64,000 bases of DNA from Candidatus Woesebacteria bacterium (GCA_963784785.1 CAWASW010000001.1:9312-73311), one strand, 5' to 3'. Positions 25,905 through 37,300 are shown, counted from the stretch's first letter. The notes: a model not told the origin generated them from the letters alone. Numbers and translations are program-made.

Positions 25905-27392
25905 ACAAAAGTAATATTAATTTTAGCTATTGGTACACTTTTTATATTAATTTCTTCAATTGTTTTTACCTCAAAGTTGATTGGTCAGAAATTAGATGAA
26001 CTAGAAGTCCGTAGTGCTGTAATAGACTTACAGAGGATAGATGGAGCTATAGCTTCCGAAAAAAGTAATTTATTGGATAAAATATCTGATTGGGCTTCTT
26101 GGGATGATACATATCAGTTTGTAAAAGATAATAATACTGCTTATATAAAATCAAATTTACAGCAGACTACCTTTGATAGTTTAAGACTTAGCTTTATGAT
26201 CTTCTTGGACGTCAATGGTAATACAGTGCATGAAGTAAAAGCCCCCGTTGGTATTAATAAATATTTAGTAAAAGATGAATTTTTGTTGAAATTTGATAGT
26301 TTAAAGTCAAATAAGTCAGGCATGATAATGCTTCCTGATGGTATGTATTTGGTTGCTTCTAAACAAATACTTAATAGTGCTTCTGAAGGTCCGGCAAGAG
26401 GAACATTAATTTTTGGTAGGTACTTCGGTAAGCAAGAAATAGATAAAATAGCAATTTCAACTAAACATGATGAAATTAGATTGCTTTCGATGGGTTCTCA
26501 AAAAATGAATGACACAGAAATAACTAACACTAATGAAAATATCTTATCTGCTAAAAATGTTGTAAAAGACATTTTTGGTAAAAATATTGCATATTATGTT
26601 GTAGACATAGAACGTGGAATTCATCTACAGGGAATTCAGAGTACTCAATATACGATTGGGTTTTTGATAGGTATTAGCATTATTTTCTTTGTAATGGTTT
26701 TATTTTTCTTAGCATCTCTCGTTTTGTCTCCACTTAAAAAAATATCATCAGATGCAAATAACATAACTCAGTCTAAAAACTTTATGCTTCGAGTGAAACA
26801 TGAATCTAAAGATGAAATTGGGCTACTTTCAAGAAATATAAACGAAATGCTTGACTCACTCCAGTTGGCAAAAGATGCCGTCTATTCAGAGACCGAAAAA
26901 ATTAAGACATTTTTCGATGTCGTTTCGGGAATAGTAGTGGTTATTAACAAAGATGGTGTTGTCGTTTCTGTTAATCAAAAAGGCGCAGAATTTTTAGAAT
27001 ATGAAACAAATGAGATCGTTGGTAGGAATTGGTTTGACGTCTTTATCCCAGAGGAAGATAAAGAAAAAATGAAGCAAACATTTGTCGACATGGTTACTAA
27101 TATCAGCGCAGACAAAAATAAATATTTTGAAAATCTAGTTGTTACAAAGTCCGGTAAAAAATATTTAATGGGATGGCACAATAGTTTGTTGCTAGACAGA
27201 AATAGGAATATCCTAGCATCTGTCAGTCACGGAGAAGATATTACGGACAAAAGGAAGATAGAAGATGATGAAAAATCACAAAAAGAAGAGCTGGAAAAAT
27301 TAAACCAACTAATGATGGGTAGAGAGATTAAAATGATTGAACTTAAAAAGGAAATTGAAAAATTGAAACAGAAAGATGAAAATACGCAATAG
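25893..27392 (+). CDS. Membrane signal-transduction protein (TM - periplasmic sensor - TM - HAMP-like - PAS - coiled coil; no kinase domain) with an IS-derived start codon
   Basis: PAS-like core FFDVVSGIVVVINKDGVVVSVNQKGAEFLEYETNEIVGRNWFDVF. Its ATG lies 12 nt inside the IS right end. The original start MLSIRTKV... is at 24710, on the other side of the IS. Confidence 0.55.
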   Translation: MNGLTKVILILAIGTLFILISSIVFTSKLIGQKLDELEVRSAVIDLQRIDGAIASEKSNLLDKISDWASWDDTYQFVKDNNTAYIKSNLQQTTFDSLRLSFMIFLDVNGNTVHEVKAPVGINKYLVKDEFLLKFDSLKSNKSGMIMLPDGMYLVASKQILNSASEGPARGTLIFGRYFGKQEIDKIAISTKHDEIRLLSMGSQKMNDTEITNTNENILSAKNVVKDIFGKNIAYYVVDIERGIHLQGIQSTQYTIGFLIGISIIFFVMVLFFLASLVLSPLKKISSDANNITQSKNFMLRVKHESKDEIGLLSRNINEMLDSLQLAKDAVYSETEKIKTFFDVVSGIVVVINKDGVVVSVNQKGAEFLEYETNEIVGRNWFDVFIPEEDKEKMKQTFVDMVTNISADKNKYFENLVVTKSGKKYLMGWHNSLLLDRNRNILASVSHGEDITDKRKIEDDEKSQKEELEKLNQLMMGREIKMIELKKEIEKLKQKDENTQ

Positions 27393-28185
27393 AATATTAG
27401 TAACAATACTTTCAGTTGTCATCCTGATTGTTGGACTGGACTCGGTAATAATTTTCTTTTTTGCCCAAAAATATTTAAGTACTGCTTCACAAAATTTGCT
27501 TACAACAACATCTAGATCCAAATCAGAAAACATTTCGACGCTAATTAATGAACAAAAACAGAATGTAATTGATATTGCAACAGCATCAATATTTAGGGAT
27601 TATTATGTTGATACTACAAATATTGTAAATAAAGATAAAGTGCAGCAAAGACTTGAGAGGACAATAAAGGGAAATCCGGCAATTAGGGAGATATATATAC
27701 TCGATGTTTCAGGAGTTGTTCTCTTATCAACTGATGAGGAAGACTTTGGGAAAAATATTATGGCGGATGACAACATTGCAGAGGCCAAAAATGGGCCAAG
27801 TGTTGGAAACGTACGTTTATATGGTGATGACAAAAAAACAATTTATACAATTTCCGCACCGATTTTTAACTCCTCATCGATTCTTGCTGGTATTTTTGTT
27901 GTACGTTTTAATACTAATTTTATAAATACTATAGTTTCTAGTGGATCTGAAACAACAAAAAGTGAAGATGTTTTTTTAGTTGATAAAAATTATTATTTCT
28001 TAACACCAACACGATATTACAATCAGGATGCGGTTTTGTCAAAAAAAGCTGAAACATTAAACGTTCAAAGATGTTTTTCTCAGGACGAAATAATATATGT
28101 TTCGGAGCGATTGACTGGACAAAGATATGTAAATGAACATCGTGGGCATCCTGCAATAACTTTAGCTCATTTTGGCTACACATAA
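27376..28185 (+). CDS. N-terminal part of a sensor histidine kinase (TM + Cache-like extracytoplasmic domain)
   Basis: N-terminal TM then a roughly 230-aa sensor domain; overlaps the next ORF at a T4 run. Confidence 0.5.
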   Translation: MKIRNRILVTILSVVILIVGLDSVIIFFFAQKYLSTASQNLLTTTSRSKSENISTLINEQKQNVIDIATASIFRDYYVDTTNIVNKDKVQQRLERTIKGNPAIREIYILDVSGVVLLSTDEEDFGKNIMADDNIAEAKNGPSVGNVRLYGDDKKTIYTISAPIFNSSSILAGIFVVRFNTNFINTIVSSGSETTKSEDVFLVDKNYYFLTPTRYYNQDAVLSKKAETLNVQRCFSQDEIIYVSERLTGQRYVNEHRGHPAITLAHFGYT

Positions 28186-29737
28186 TTATATTCCTGAAAT
28201 CTCGGCCTGTTTGATTGCAAAAATTGATAAAACTGAAATCAACACTCCTATTTTTAATTCTGCTGTTGCAATTATTGCCACGATGGGTTTGGGTGTGGCC
28301 ATAATCGCTATTATTATTAACTTTTTTTTGAATAAGATTGTTGGTCCGCTTGAGAGTTTGAAAAAGGGAGCTGAAGAGCTTCAGAACGGAAACCTAGAAG
28401 CTGTGATTAAAATCGATTCCAATGATGAAATAGGTGAAGTATCCAAGGCGTTTAACTCCATGGCCGTAAAACTTAATGAGTTATACAAAAATCTTGAGTT
28501 AAAAGTTACGGACAGAACTTTGGAGTTAAATAGCAAATTGTTGCAAATTGAAGATCAAAACAAAAAACTTGACCAAAATAAATCAGCAATGCTTAATTTA
28601 CTAGAAGATTCTAAGACACTTGAAGAGGAATTAAAAGCTGAAAAGCAATCAGTTGAAAAGAAAATTATTGAAAGAACTAGAGAAGTTGATGAAGAAAAGA
28701 CAAAGCTGATGGCCGCTATTGAGGCTTTAACAAAAGCTTTTGTCATGATGGACTTAAATGGAGAAATTATTCTTGTAAATGAAAATCTTAATAAAATTTT
28801 TAATTTAGAGAAACAGAATTGGTTAATATCTGACATACAAGAACAATTAGGCGACAGTTTTGATTTTGTAAAAGCATATAAAAACAATATTCTTGAAAAG
28901 AAAAAGATGGTATATGACGATATAGCATTAGGTTCGAAAATCTTACAAATTCGTTTTAGCCCAGTTTTTGATAAAGATAAAGTGAATGGCGTACTTGCAA
29001 TAATTGGAGACGTAACTGATGAAAAAGTGTTGGCAAGATCCAAAGACGAATTCTTTTCAATAGCCAGTCATGAATTAAGAACTCCTCTTACTGCAATAAG
29101 AGGAAATACCTCAATGATGCTTGATTATTACAAGGAGTCATTTAAAGATCCTGAATTAAATCAGATGCTTTTAGATACTCATGAGGCTAGTGTCAGATTA
29201 ATAGGCATCGTAAATGACTTCTTAGACATGAGTAGGTTAGAGCTTAGTAAGATAGAATTTAAAATGGAAAAAATTATCTTGGGTGATCTCATTGGAGAAG
29301 TTTTGAAAGAATATAAGGTTACAGGTTTACAAAATAAGTTGTATTTGAAATTTGTTGAGTCAAAGACAGAAATACCGGCTGTAAACGCTGATGTTAATAG
29401 AGTTAAACAAGTTGTAATTAATCTTATTGGAAATAGCGTTAAGTTTACTAAAGAAGGTGGTATATCTATTAGCTTGACTTATAACAACGATTTTGTAGAA
29501 GTGCATGTAGCCGATACTGGCTATGGAATACCTCTTGCAAATCAGTCATTGCTGTTTAGAAAATTTCAACAAGCTGGAGATAGTACCTTAACTAGAGATG
29601 GTGCCAAAGGTACTGGCCTTGGACTATACATCTCTAAACTTATGGTTGAGGGTATGGGAGGTAAGATATTTTTGGAAAAATCAGAGGAAAATAAAGGTTC
29701 TACTTTTACATTTAGCCTGCCTGTTTTTAAAAAGTAG
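28172..29737 (+). CDS. Sensor histidine kinase core (TM, HAMP, coiled coil, PAS, HisKA, HATPase_c)
   Basis: HAMP: LESLKKGAEELQNGNLEAVIKIDSNDEIGEVSKAFNSMAVKL. H-box: FFSIASHELRTPLTAIRGN. N/G boxes: INLIGNSVKFT, DTGYGIP, GTGLGLYISK. Confidence 0.75.
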   Translation: MATHNYIPEISACLIAKIDKTEINTPIFNSAVAIIATMGLGVAIIAIIINFFLNKIVGPLESLKKGAEELQNGNLEAVIKIDSNDEIGEVSKAFNSMAVKLNELYKNLELKVTDRTLELNSKLLQIEDQNKKLDQNKSAMLNLLEDSKTLEEELKAEKQSVEKKIIERTREVDEEKTKLMAAIEALTKAFVMMDLNGEIILVNENLNKIFNLEKQNWLISDIQEQLGDSFDFVKAYKNNILEKKKMVYDDIALGSKILQIRFSPVFDKDKVNGVLAIIGDVTDEKVLARSKDEFFSIASHELRTPLTAIRGNTSMMLDYYKESFKDPELNQMLLDTHEASVRLIGIVNDFLDMSRLELSKIEFKMEKIILGDLIGEVLKEYKVTGLQNKLYLKFVESKTEIPAVNADVNRVKQVVINLIGNSVKFTKEGGISISLTYNNDFVEVHVADTGYGIPLANQSLLFRKFQQAGDSTLTRDGAKGTGLGLYISKLMVEGMGGKIFLEKSEENKGSTFTFSLPVFKK

Positions 29738-29763
29738 ATAGGGTATAATATGTTCTATCTATT

Positions 29764-30846
29764 ATGGAAGAGATTTTAGCCTTTGGAGAAGAATTAAAGC
29801 AGTTTTTTATAGACCTTGGTTATTATTTGACCAAGAAGCTTCATTTTTCATTTATTAGGTTCGAGGAAGGAAAAGGTGCTTTTGTAACTTCTCTTTATAA
29901 ACAGCGTGGAAAATATGCTAAAACTCTAGTTCATTCTGGCATGGCAACTTTAGCAGGTGTTGGGATGATGATTGCACCCGTCATTGCCCAAGAATTTCCA
30001 GGTAGGTCAGTCAATCCATGGGATATTGAGAGTAACCCTCAAGTACTTTCAGCAACAACTGAATCAGAAGGAATTGAAACATTAGTTTCTGAGAAGGTCA
30101 GAGATTCAGTTAAGGTTTACAAAGTAGAAGAAGGAGATACAGTTGCCTCAATTGCCAAAAAATTTGGAGTTGATGTAAACACAATTCGTTGGCAAAACAA
30201 CATTTCAAATGACAAAATAAAAGTAGACCAATCTTTAGAGATTTTGCCAGTCACAGGCATTGTACACAAAGTTGCAAAAGGTGACACTGTTTATTCAATT
30301 GCTAAGAAATATGATTCTTCAGCTCAGGCTGTCGTTGATTTTCCATTTAATACATTTAGTAATGACGAAACCTTTGAATTGGCTATCGGTCAAACAGTCA
30401 TAGTCCCAGACGGAGTAAGACCTGCAGAGTCTGTTGCTTCACCTAGAATTAGGCAGATTACACCTGATGCTGGTTCTGTTGTTGCTTCTGGAAACTTTGT
30501 CTGGCCTACAGCAGGAATTATTTCACAAAATTATGCTTGGTATCATACAGGTCTTGATATCGCTAATCGAGCTTCTCCTAACGTAGTTGCTGCTGATTCT
30601 GGTACTGTAATTTATGCTGGCTGCTTATCTTATGGATACGGTTGCCACGTTCAGATAGACCATGGCAATGGTTACAAAACTTTATATGCCCATTTCCAGC
30701 AGATATATGTCAAAGTTGGCCAGAGTGTAGGAAGAGGCTCTCCAATTGGACAAATGGGTTCAACAGGTAGATCAACAGGAACACATCTTCATTTTGAGAT
30801 CTCAAGAAACGGAGTTAAATTAAATCCATTAACTGCCCTTAAATGA
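29764..30846 (+). CDS. LysM-domain (x2) M23-family metallopeptidase
   Basis: Two LysM units (YKVEEGDTVASIAKKFGVDVNTI; HKVAKGDTVYSIAKKYDSSAQAV). M23 motifs HTGLDIA...HVQIDHGNGYKTLYAH...GSTGRSTGTHLHFE. Confidence 0.75.
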   Translation: MEEILAFGEELKQFFIDLGYYLTKKLHFSFIRFEEGKGAFVTSLYKQRGKYAKTLVHSGMATLAGVGMMIAPVIAQEFPGRSVNPWDIESNPQVLSATTESEGIETLVSEKVRDSVKVYKVEEGDTVASIAKKFGVDVNTIRWQNNISNDKIKVDQSLEILPVTGIVHKVAKGDTVYSIAKKYDSSAQAVVDFPFNTFSNDETFELAIGQTVIVPDGVRPAESVASPRIRQITPDAGSVVASGNFVWPTAGIISQNYAWYHTGLDIANRASPNVVAADSGTVIYAGCLSYGYGCHVQIDHGNGYKTLYAHFQQIYVKVGQSVGRGSPIGQMGSTGRSTGTHLHFEISRNGVKLNPLTALK

Positions 30847-30879
30847 AATTAAATAAAAATTTAAAAAAAATATTTTTTT

Positions 30880-32181
30880 TTGTTAATTATAGTTGTTTCA
30901 GTTCCTGTCTCAATCTTCTTATTAAGCCAAAAAACAAGTTTTTTCCAAAAGGCTTCAGGAACACCTGCTAACTTAGTAATCGATGCAGCCAATATGACAG
31001 GAGAAAAAGGTGAATCTTGGAGAAATTTGGCTCAAGGGGGAGAGGACAAGGGAAGGCAACTTCTGCCTGTTATTGATAAAGTTAAGGCCTTAAAACCAAA
31101 GTATATTCGTATTGATCATGTATTTGATTACTATAATGAGCAAGAATTAGATCAAGTGGTTCAAGATATTGTCTCAACTGGAGCAAAACCATTTATTGCA
31201 CTCTCCTATATGCCACCTGCAATTTCCAAAAGTGGCGATGTGACCGATGTTCCAGCTGATTGGTCAGTTTGGGAGAGCTTAGTCCAAAAAACTGTTGAAA
31301 GGATTAGCGGTAGAAATGGATTAAATATAAAAGACGTATATTATGAAGTATGGAATGAACTCGATTTGTTCGGCAAATTCAAGATTTCAGGGAACAAAAG
31401 TTACCTAGATTTATATAGCCATACAGTAAGGGGAGCAACACGAGCAAATAACGTCAATTCCTTTAAAATTGGAGGTCCTGCAACAACTGGATTGTATGAA
31501 AATTGGTTAAATAAATTAGCAATTTTTACTCAGGAAAATAATATAAGGTTAGATTTTATAAGTTGGCATAGATATTCAAAAGATTTAAATCAGTATGAAG
31601 AAGATATGAATAGTGCTACACATTATGGAATAGAAACTGTAATTACGGAACTAGGGCCAAATAGCGAAAACGACAAAGTTTATGATAATAGTTTTGCCGC
31701 GATTCATTTGATCCTAACAACTGCATTAATGGAAGGGAAAATAGATAAAATATTTAATTTTGAAATTAAGGATGGGGCAGGGAGTGAAAAATATTGGGGT
31801 AGATGGGGGATGATTACAAATGAAAAGTGGGGGGTACCAGAAGTAAAACCAAGATACCGTGCTGTTCAATTTTTGAACAATTTAATTGGTGGAAGTAGCC
31901 TTCAACTAGATGGCCAAGGGTCATGGGTTAAGGCAATTGCAAAAAGAACTGATCAAAATATCAAAGTTCTTGTTGTAAATTATGATAATTACGGAAAGCA
32001 TTCTGAGGCTGTTCCCATAAAAATTATAAATTTACCTACTAATACTTTTACTTTAAAAAGAAACGATTTTATAACAGGAAACGTAACAACTATTCCTGTA
32101 ACTGTTACTAATAACACATGGGAAACAATAGTCTATTTTGAGCCTAATTCTGCTACTATTTTCGATCTTTATTTTGAATAA
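30880..32181 (+). CDS. Glycoside hydrolase, clan GH-A-like (GH5/GH39-type)
   Basis: YYEVWNELD acid/base NEP-type motif and a TIM-barrel-like layout; family not assignable by eye. Confidence 0.5.
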   Translation: MLIIVVSVPVSIFLLSQKTSFFQKASGTPANLVIDAANMTGEKGESWRNLAQGGEDKGRQLLPVIDKVKALKPKYIRIDHVFDYYNEQELDQVVQDIVSTGAKPFIALSYMPPAISKSGDVTDVPADWSVWESLVQKTVERISGRNGLNIKDVYYEVWNELDLFGKFKISGNKSYLDLYSHTVRGATRANNVNSFKIGGPATTGLYENWLNKLAIFTQENNIRLDFISWHRYSKDLNQYEEDMNSATHYGIETVITELGPNSENDKVYDNSFAAIHLILTTALMEGKIDKIFNFEIKDGAGSEKYWGRWGMITNEKWGVPEVKPRYRAVQFLNNLIGGSSLQLDGQGSWVKAIAKRTDQNIKVLVVNYDNYGKHSEAVPIKIINLPTNTFTLKRNDFITGNVTTIPVTVTNNTWETIVYFEPNSATIFDLYFE

Positions 32182-32226
32182 TTCGGGGTTGACATTAAAT
32201 AAAATTAATTACATACTTAAATAGAT

Positions 32227-32937
32227 ATGGAACCTGCCACCAATATAATTACTTCTAGTTGGAAGAAATATTCAGTTTATGTTGTAGGGTTTTTGGTGGC
32301 AGTTGCAGTTTATATCTGGATTAGCGCACCACTTGTTGTAACTGTGTCAGGAGTCGGCGAAGTTTCAGCAAAGGCAGAATCAGCAACTTTAACTTTGACC
32401 ATATCTTCGAATAAAGAAAATCCACAGTTAGCTATTTCTGCTGTTAAGGCAACATCACAGAAGATTAAAGAGACATTAGCAACAGCTGGAATATCAAAAG
32501 GTGACATCTCAGAGTCACAAATAGAGGCAGTACCAGCATCAGCAGTAGTTGCAGGGGCAACAGGTTATCAGGCAACGCTTTCAATGGGTGTCAAAACAAG
32601 TATGGTCAACAATCTAGATGGCTTAACCAATAATTTATATTCATTAGGTGCGGTAGTTGTTACACAGCCTGTTTTGTCAGTAGGTGATATCTCTACATTG
32701 GAAAAGGATGCTTATAATTTAGCTATAAAAGATGCTAAGAAAAAGGCTTCAAGTATGGCTCTTTCAAACCTAAAGTTTATCAAAAAGATAATTTTAATTG
32801 AGCAATCTCAAACTCAACCAACATCAACAGTTACAACTAAAGCTGATGTGGCAGCACAGGTGGAGAAGAACCTCTCACCAGATGATGGTTTAATAAAGAT
32901 CGCCAAAGCCGTCTCCATAAGCTACAAGATGTGGTGA
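32227..32937 (+). CDS. SIMPL-domain (DUF541) protein
   Basis: N-terminal TM anchor then LVVTVSGVGEVSAKAESATLTLTIS...AISAVKATSQKIKETLATAGISKGDI, matching the SIMPL family pattern (V.G.G.v...PD.a...l.v...a.ta.eA...n......v...L...Gi...dI.T). Confidence 0.55.
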   Translation: MEPATNIITSSWKKYSVYVVGFLVAVAVYIWISAPLVVTVSGVGEVSAKAESATLTLTISSNKENPQLAISAVKATSQKIKETLATAGISKGDISESQIEAVPASAVVAGATGYQATLSMGVKTSMVNNLDGLTNNLYSLGAVVVTQPVLSVGDISTLEKDAYNLAIKDAKKKASSMALSNLKFIKKIILIEQSQTQPTSTVTTKADVAAQVEKNLSPDDGLIKIAKAVSISYKMW

Positions 32938-33894
32938 TTATCTATTTTTGTTTTCTAAATAACTGTTTATTGCGTTAACTGTCGTTAACCAATTTCTGCC
33001 TTCTTTGTGTGCATCAATCCGACTCTTTCTTGCTAGTAGGTTTAGATGCTTTGTCGATAGATTAGTTATATTGCTAATTTTAGATAGCAACAAATACTTA
33101 TCGTCAATTGATTTTGATTCAGTTATTGTTTCTAAATATATATTCAATGATCTTTCAACTGATTGCGCAATAAACGTAATAAAAGGAATAATGTCTCCAT
33201 TATCAGCTTTTGAAAGCGATTGATAATATTTTTTTCGATCGTTTTTTAAAATTGTAATCAATGGGTATCCTTGTTGTAATAATATAACGTTGATTATCAG
33301 GCGTGATGTGCGGCCATTGCCGTCATCAAAAGGATGAATCGATACTAATTTGTGATGCATTATGCTTGCAAGTTCAATGGGATGCATTTTATTTTGGTTT
33401 TTTTTAAACCAAGAAATAATTTCTGACATGAAATATGGTATTTTTGTTGCGATTGGAGGTTTCAACTTAGATCCTGCTATTGCAACTGATCCAATCCTGT
33501 ATTTACCAGCAATACTTTTATCAATTGGTAAAATAACTAAATTTTGAATTTGTCGAATTAAATTTTGAGACATTATCAGACTGGAATCAAAATCAATTAA
33601 ATCATAGATAAATTCCAATGCATCTTGGTGACTTTTGGCCTCAAGATGATTCTTGAATGATTTACTTTTAACTGTGATTCCTTCACTAATTATTAAATAT
33701 GTTTCTTGATAAGTTAAATTGTTACCTTCAATAGCATTGCTGTTGTATGTCATCTCAATCATGAACCTCTCTCTTAATTTGCTAACAATGGTAGGGGATA
33801 ATGGCCGATAAGTTTTTAACTTATGCCATTTTTCATCAATTCTATTAACCAAATCCTGAGATAAATAGGCTGGTTTATTATGGTATAGCTTCAT
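32938..33894 (-). CDS. Fic/Doc (Fido) family protein
   Basis: Canonical Fic motif HPFDDGNGRTSRLI (HPFx[DE]GNGR). Confidence 0.8.
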   Translation of the reverse strand: MKLYHNKPAYLSQDLVNRIDEKWHKLKTYRPLSPTIVSKLRERFMIEMTYNSNAIEGNNLTYQETYLIISEGITVKSKSFKNHLEAKSHQDALEFIYDLIDFDSSLIMSQNLIRQIQNLVILPIDKSIAGKYRIGSVAIAGSKLKPPIATKIPYFMSEIISWFKKNQNKMHPIELASIMHHKLVSIHPFDDGNGRTSRLIINVILLQQGYPLITILKNDRKKYYQSLSKADNGDIIPFITFIAQSVERSLNIYLETITESKSIDDKYLLLSKISNITNLSTKHLNLLARKSRIDAHKEGRNWLTTVNAINSYLENKNR

Positions 33895-33929
33895 ATTTAG
33901 TATTATACCATAATAGTACTAAAACGTGT

Positions 33930-34322
33930 CTACGGAATGAATTGAATGCTTTCTGTACTTATTTTTTCATAACCGTTTGTCTTCATCCAACTAATTGCTT
34001 CTATCTTAGCCTCCTCATAATTGGTATCGATTATCCTTATTCTGACTATGCCATCATTAGACGTCGTAATTTCAAACTTTGGGTTGTTTATCTTACCGAT
34101 GCTAGCAAGTTTAATTATCTGTTGAAATGACTCGCGTGAATTGATATCTATCGATGGAATATTTCCTGTAGTTTTATATTCGTTACCATCGAATGTAACT
34201 GACTTAATTTTAGTAATGTCAACAGTTTTGTTGGCCTTTTTTGTAAAAAAACTAATATATAGAAGGACCGACAGCGAGATGATTGATATCGTTATAATTA
34301 TGTAGATAATATATTTTTTCAT
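33930..34322 (-). CDS. Small N-terminally membrane-anchored protein (about 131 aa from ATG MKKYIIY), start overlapping the stop of the giant gene
   Basis: ATG at 34320-34322 overlaps the TGA of 34319..38965 (ATGA); TM ITISIISLSVLLYISFF. The track ORF extends to 34397 via an alternative start. Confidence 0.45.
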   Translation of the reverse strand: MKKYIIYIIITISIISLSVLLYISFFTKKANKTVDITKIKSVTFDGNEYKTTGNIPSIDINSRESFQQIIKLASIGKINNPKFEITTSNDGIVRIRIIDTNYEEAKIEAISWMKTNGYEKISTESIQFIP

Positions 34323-37300
34323 GGATTGGATTGTATTGGGAACAAAGCGTCTGGATATCCTCCGTTGTCTCCAACATGATAATTGATTTCGCCACATTTA
34401 ATTGTGTTTGATCCTGCTAAATCACATTTAATTGGTTTTCCATCGCTAAAGTATGAATCTATGGAATAGCAGACACCGTTTTTGCAATCAAATCCTGCAA
34501 CATGGGCTATTTTTTCTGATGAATAATCAGTAGTTACAGTACCGCCATAGATTAGTAGCCCTGAATAATTAGTTAAGTCGTTTGTGCTAACCATTCTATT
34601 TCGTAGTCCATAATCTACAGCATGATCAAATCCATTTTGTTGAAGACTAAGCAGAGTTGCATCAGCAGATGTTTTGGATCCACCGCTCCAATAAAAGGTA
34701 TCGATTATATTTTGTGGGTTTGGGTTATGCTCAGTAATTTTTAATATGTTGATTGATGTCGATGGTGCACACCCTAATTCAGTCAAAGTTGATCCATATC
34801 TGTTAATTGGTTTGCCGTTATCATTTGTTGTTTGCATGAATATCTCAAAATTATTGATGCCTGAATTTGATATCTTTTCACTTGCTTTTTCTTTTTCAAC
34901 GGCAAGATTTTGTTGAGTTGAATTTGCTGAACTATTATTTACATCGATTTCTCCTTTATTGTATTTTGCTGGTTCTACTGTAATTGTTGCTGCTATTGGT
35001 GTAGTGAATTTGTCTTTTAGATAAGCTATAAATTTGTTAATTTGCGGCAAAACCTGTGATTTGTTTGGATTGTTGTACTCGTAATTTATAAAAGCAGCAG
35101 GTAATGCAATAAATGGACTAATTTTTAACCCCGTGCTTATTTTTGCCACATCAAGTCCTGCAGCCGCAACATTTTCAAATCCTTTTGCCAAATTTCCTGC
35201 CAAGGTCGTGACACTAGTTGGCTGGGTGGGGGAATTATTACTTACAACTTGATAGTTATTAACACTGTTTTCAACCAAAAATTCTGGGTATTTGTCAAGC
35301 CTTCTCGAAGCCACATCAATTGTATTGTCGATATCACGCATCAGTTTGCTTAAACCTTTTTTATCAGCAGGATATTTCTGACTATATGCATAGGATAACT
35401 CTGCTTTGATATTGCCTATTGCTTTTTGATATTTTTCGTTTTGAATCATCCGAAGAAGATAATCTTTTTGTAAATCAGTGTTTACGTCCAATAATCTTGG
35501 GTCGTTTTTACGAATTCTTATTTCTACTACCTCACCATCTGTCCCGATATAAGATTTTGCATTTTCAATATCAGTGGTCCAACTACTATAATTACTTTTA
35601 GAACTATCTCCAAGAAGTACATGTCTTATTACTTCCTCTGGAGTTGAAAATGCTTGACCTGATCCTTGAGGAAATTCTGCAGTTAAAATTCTATTCCCCA
35701 AGTCGTCTATTCCAGCTCTTGGATTTGTCGTTGTTGTTAATCCTCCTGGTAAAATTGGAATATTTTGATCTAAGTTTGTGACCCCCTTATATAATGTTAT
35801 GTATTGATTTGCCTCGCTTTCAACAATTCTTTGTCCGTTTATATCTACGACAGGTACATTTTCAATTCTTGGTGCATCGGCTACTCTTGGTCCATCTATA
35901 TTGCCTGGTGCAATTGCCACAATATCATCAAACAATCTGTTTACAGGTCCTGCAACCCAATCATTCCAAACTCTTGTTCCAACATCTGCAACTGCATTTG
36001 CCGGGCGGACTACATAAGCATTCCAACCCAAAGCAAGGGTATTTTGATTTGGTTCTGCTGCCGTTCTGACTGTCTCATGTGCTACAGGTTCAACTCTTGC
36101 AGGTGAATCTGGTAGACGGTAAAGAGAATCTTCAGCATTAGAAACTGAAGATGCAGCATCATCTCCTTGAGATGGCCCAACAGGTGCTTGCGGTCTACTT
36201 TTTGCCAATTTATCGTCGTAAATCTTATTCCTAATATCGTCTATCGTTGATAAATTAATATCTTTTGGTTTGTATCCTTCTTCCAAAAGACTTATTGCTA
36301 TTTCCTCGCTACTTAATACTCCTTTTCCTTCTAAAGAAATCAATGACTTTTCTAAAGCTAATTGATTTGTTTTGTCGAGCCCTAGCAATTCAAGTATAGA
36401 TTTTGATTGTTGCCCTTCTGTTAATGGTACTATTCTAAATCCAGATTCGTCCAATTTGATACTATTTGAATCAAAACCCAAACTTCCAGTGCCAAAAAAA
36501 GCATAATATTTGCCATCTACCACGATGATTCTACCATCCCCGAATACTCTGTCTCCATTTTTTATTGGTTTGAATTGATTATCATTTAATGAGCTATGAT
36601 TTTGTTGTATCTCAACTGTTCCGTCTGTTTTTACTCTTACTACTGATCCTTCAACGTCAATATCTCCAACTGGGCGGTAAGTAGCTGCAATATCCGTGTC
36701 TCCTATACTAACTCTTCCAAAAAGTGTGTCGGCGAATGATCCATTGGCAATATTTTCAACTGTTCTATTTATACCTACTCTTGCATTTTCTACTGCATTA
36801 CTTAAATCTCTGCCAGTATTAGCAAACGCATCTGGATTTATCTTTGCTCTTTCTGTACTCAGCCAATCAGTTACATTGTTTCTTACTTCTGTTAATCTGT
36901 TTACAACAGGAGCAGGGGCATCTAGATTACCCAAATTAGGAGTTATATTAACTCTATTTGCTAGATTATCAAGTACTGCTGCAACTGGTGCATTTGCAAC
37001 TGGTGTATCAATTCGTCCTTCTAGACCACTAACATCAACATTGTTTGCTAATTTAGTTGTCAATGCATTTGTTAAGCTTTCAGACGTTGTAGAAGAAATT
37101 GGCCTTGAAAAACCTAATTCACCTCTATTGAAATCTGCAATTCCACCCCCAACATCTCCAGCAAGTGCTGCAATTGCCATAGCTTTTGAAAGTCCACTTG
37201 AATTTTTATCTTGAAAAATTTGGACAGCATCAACAGAGTCAATTCCAAGGTTTGTTGCTGAAACCCCAGTGTTTAACAACTTGGTTCCAAGGCTTAGTGA

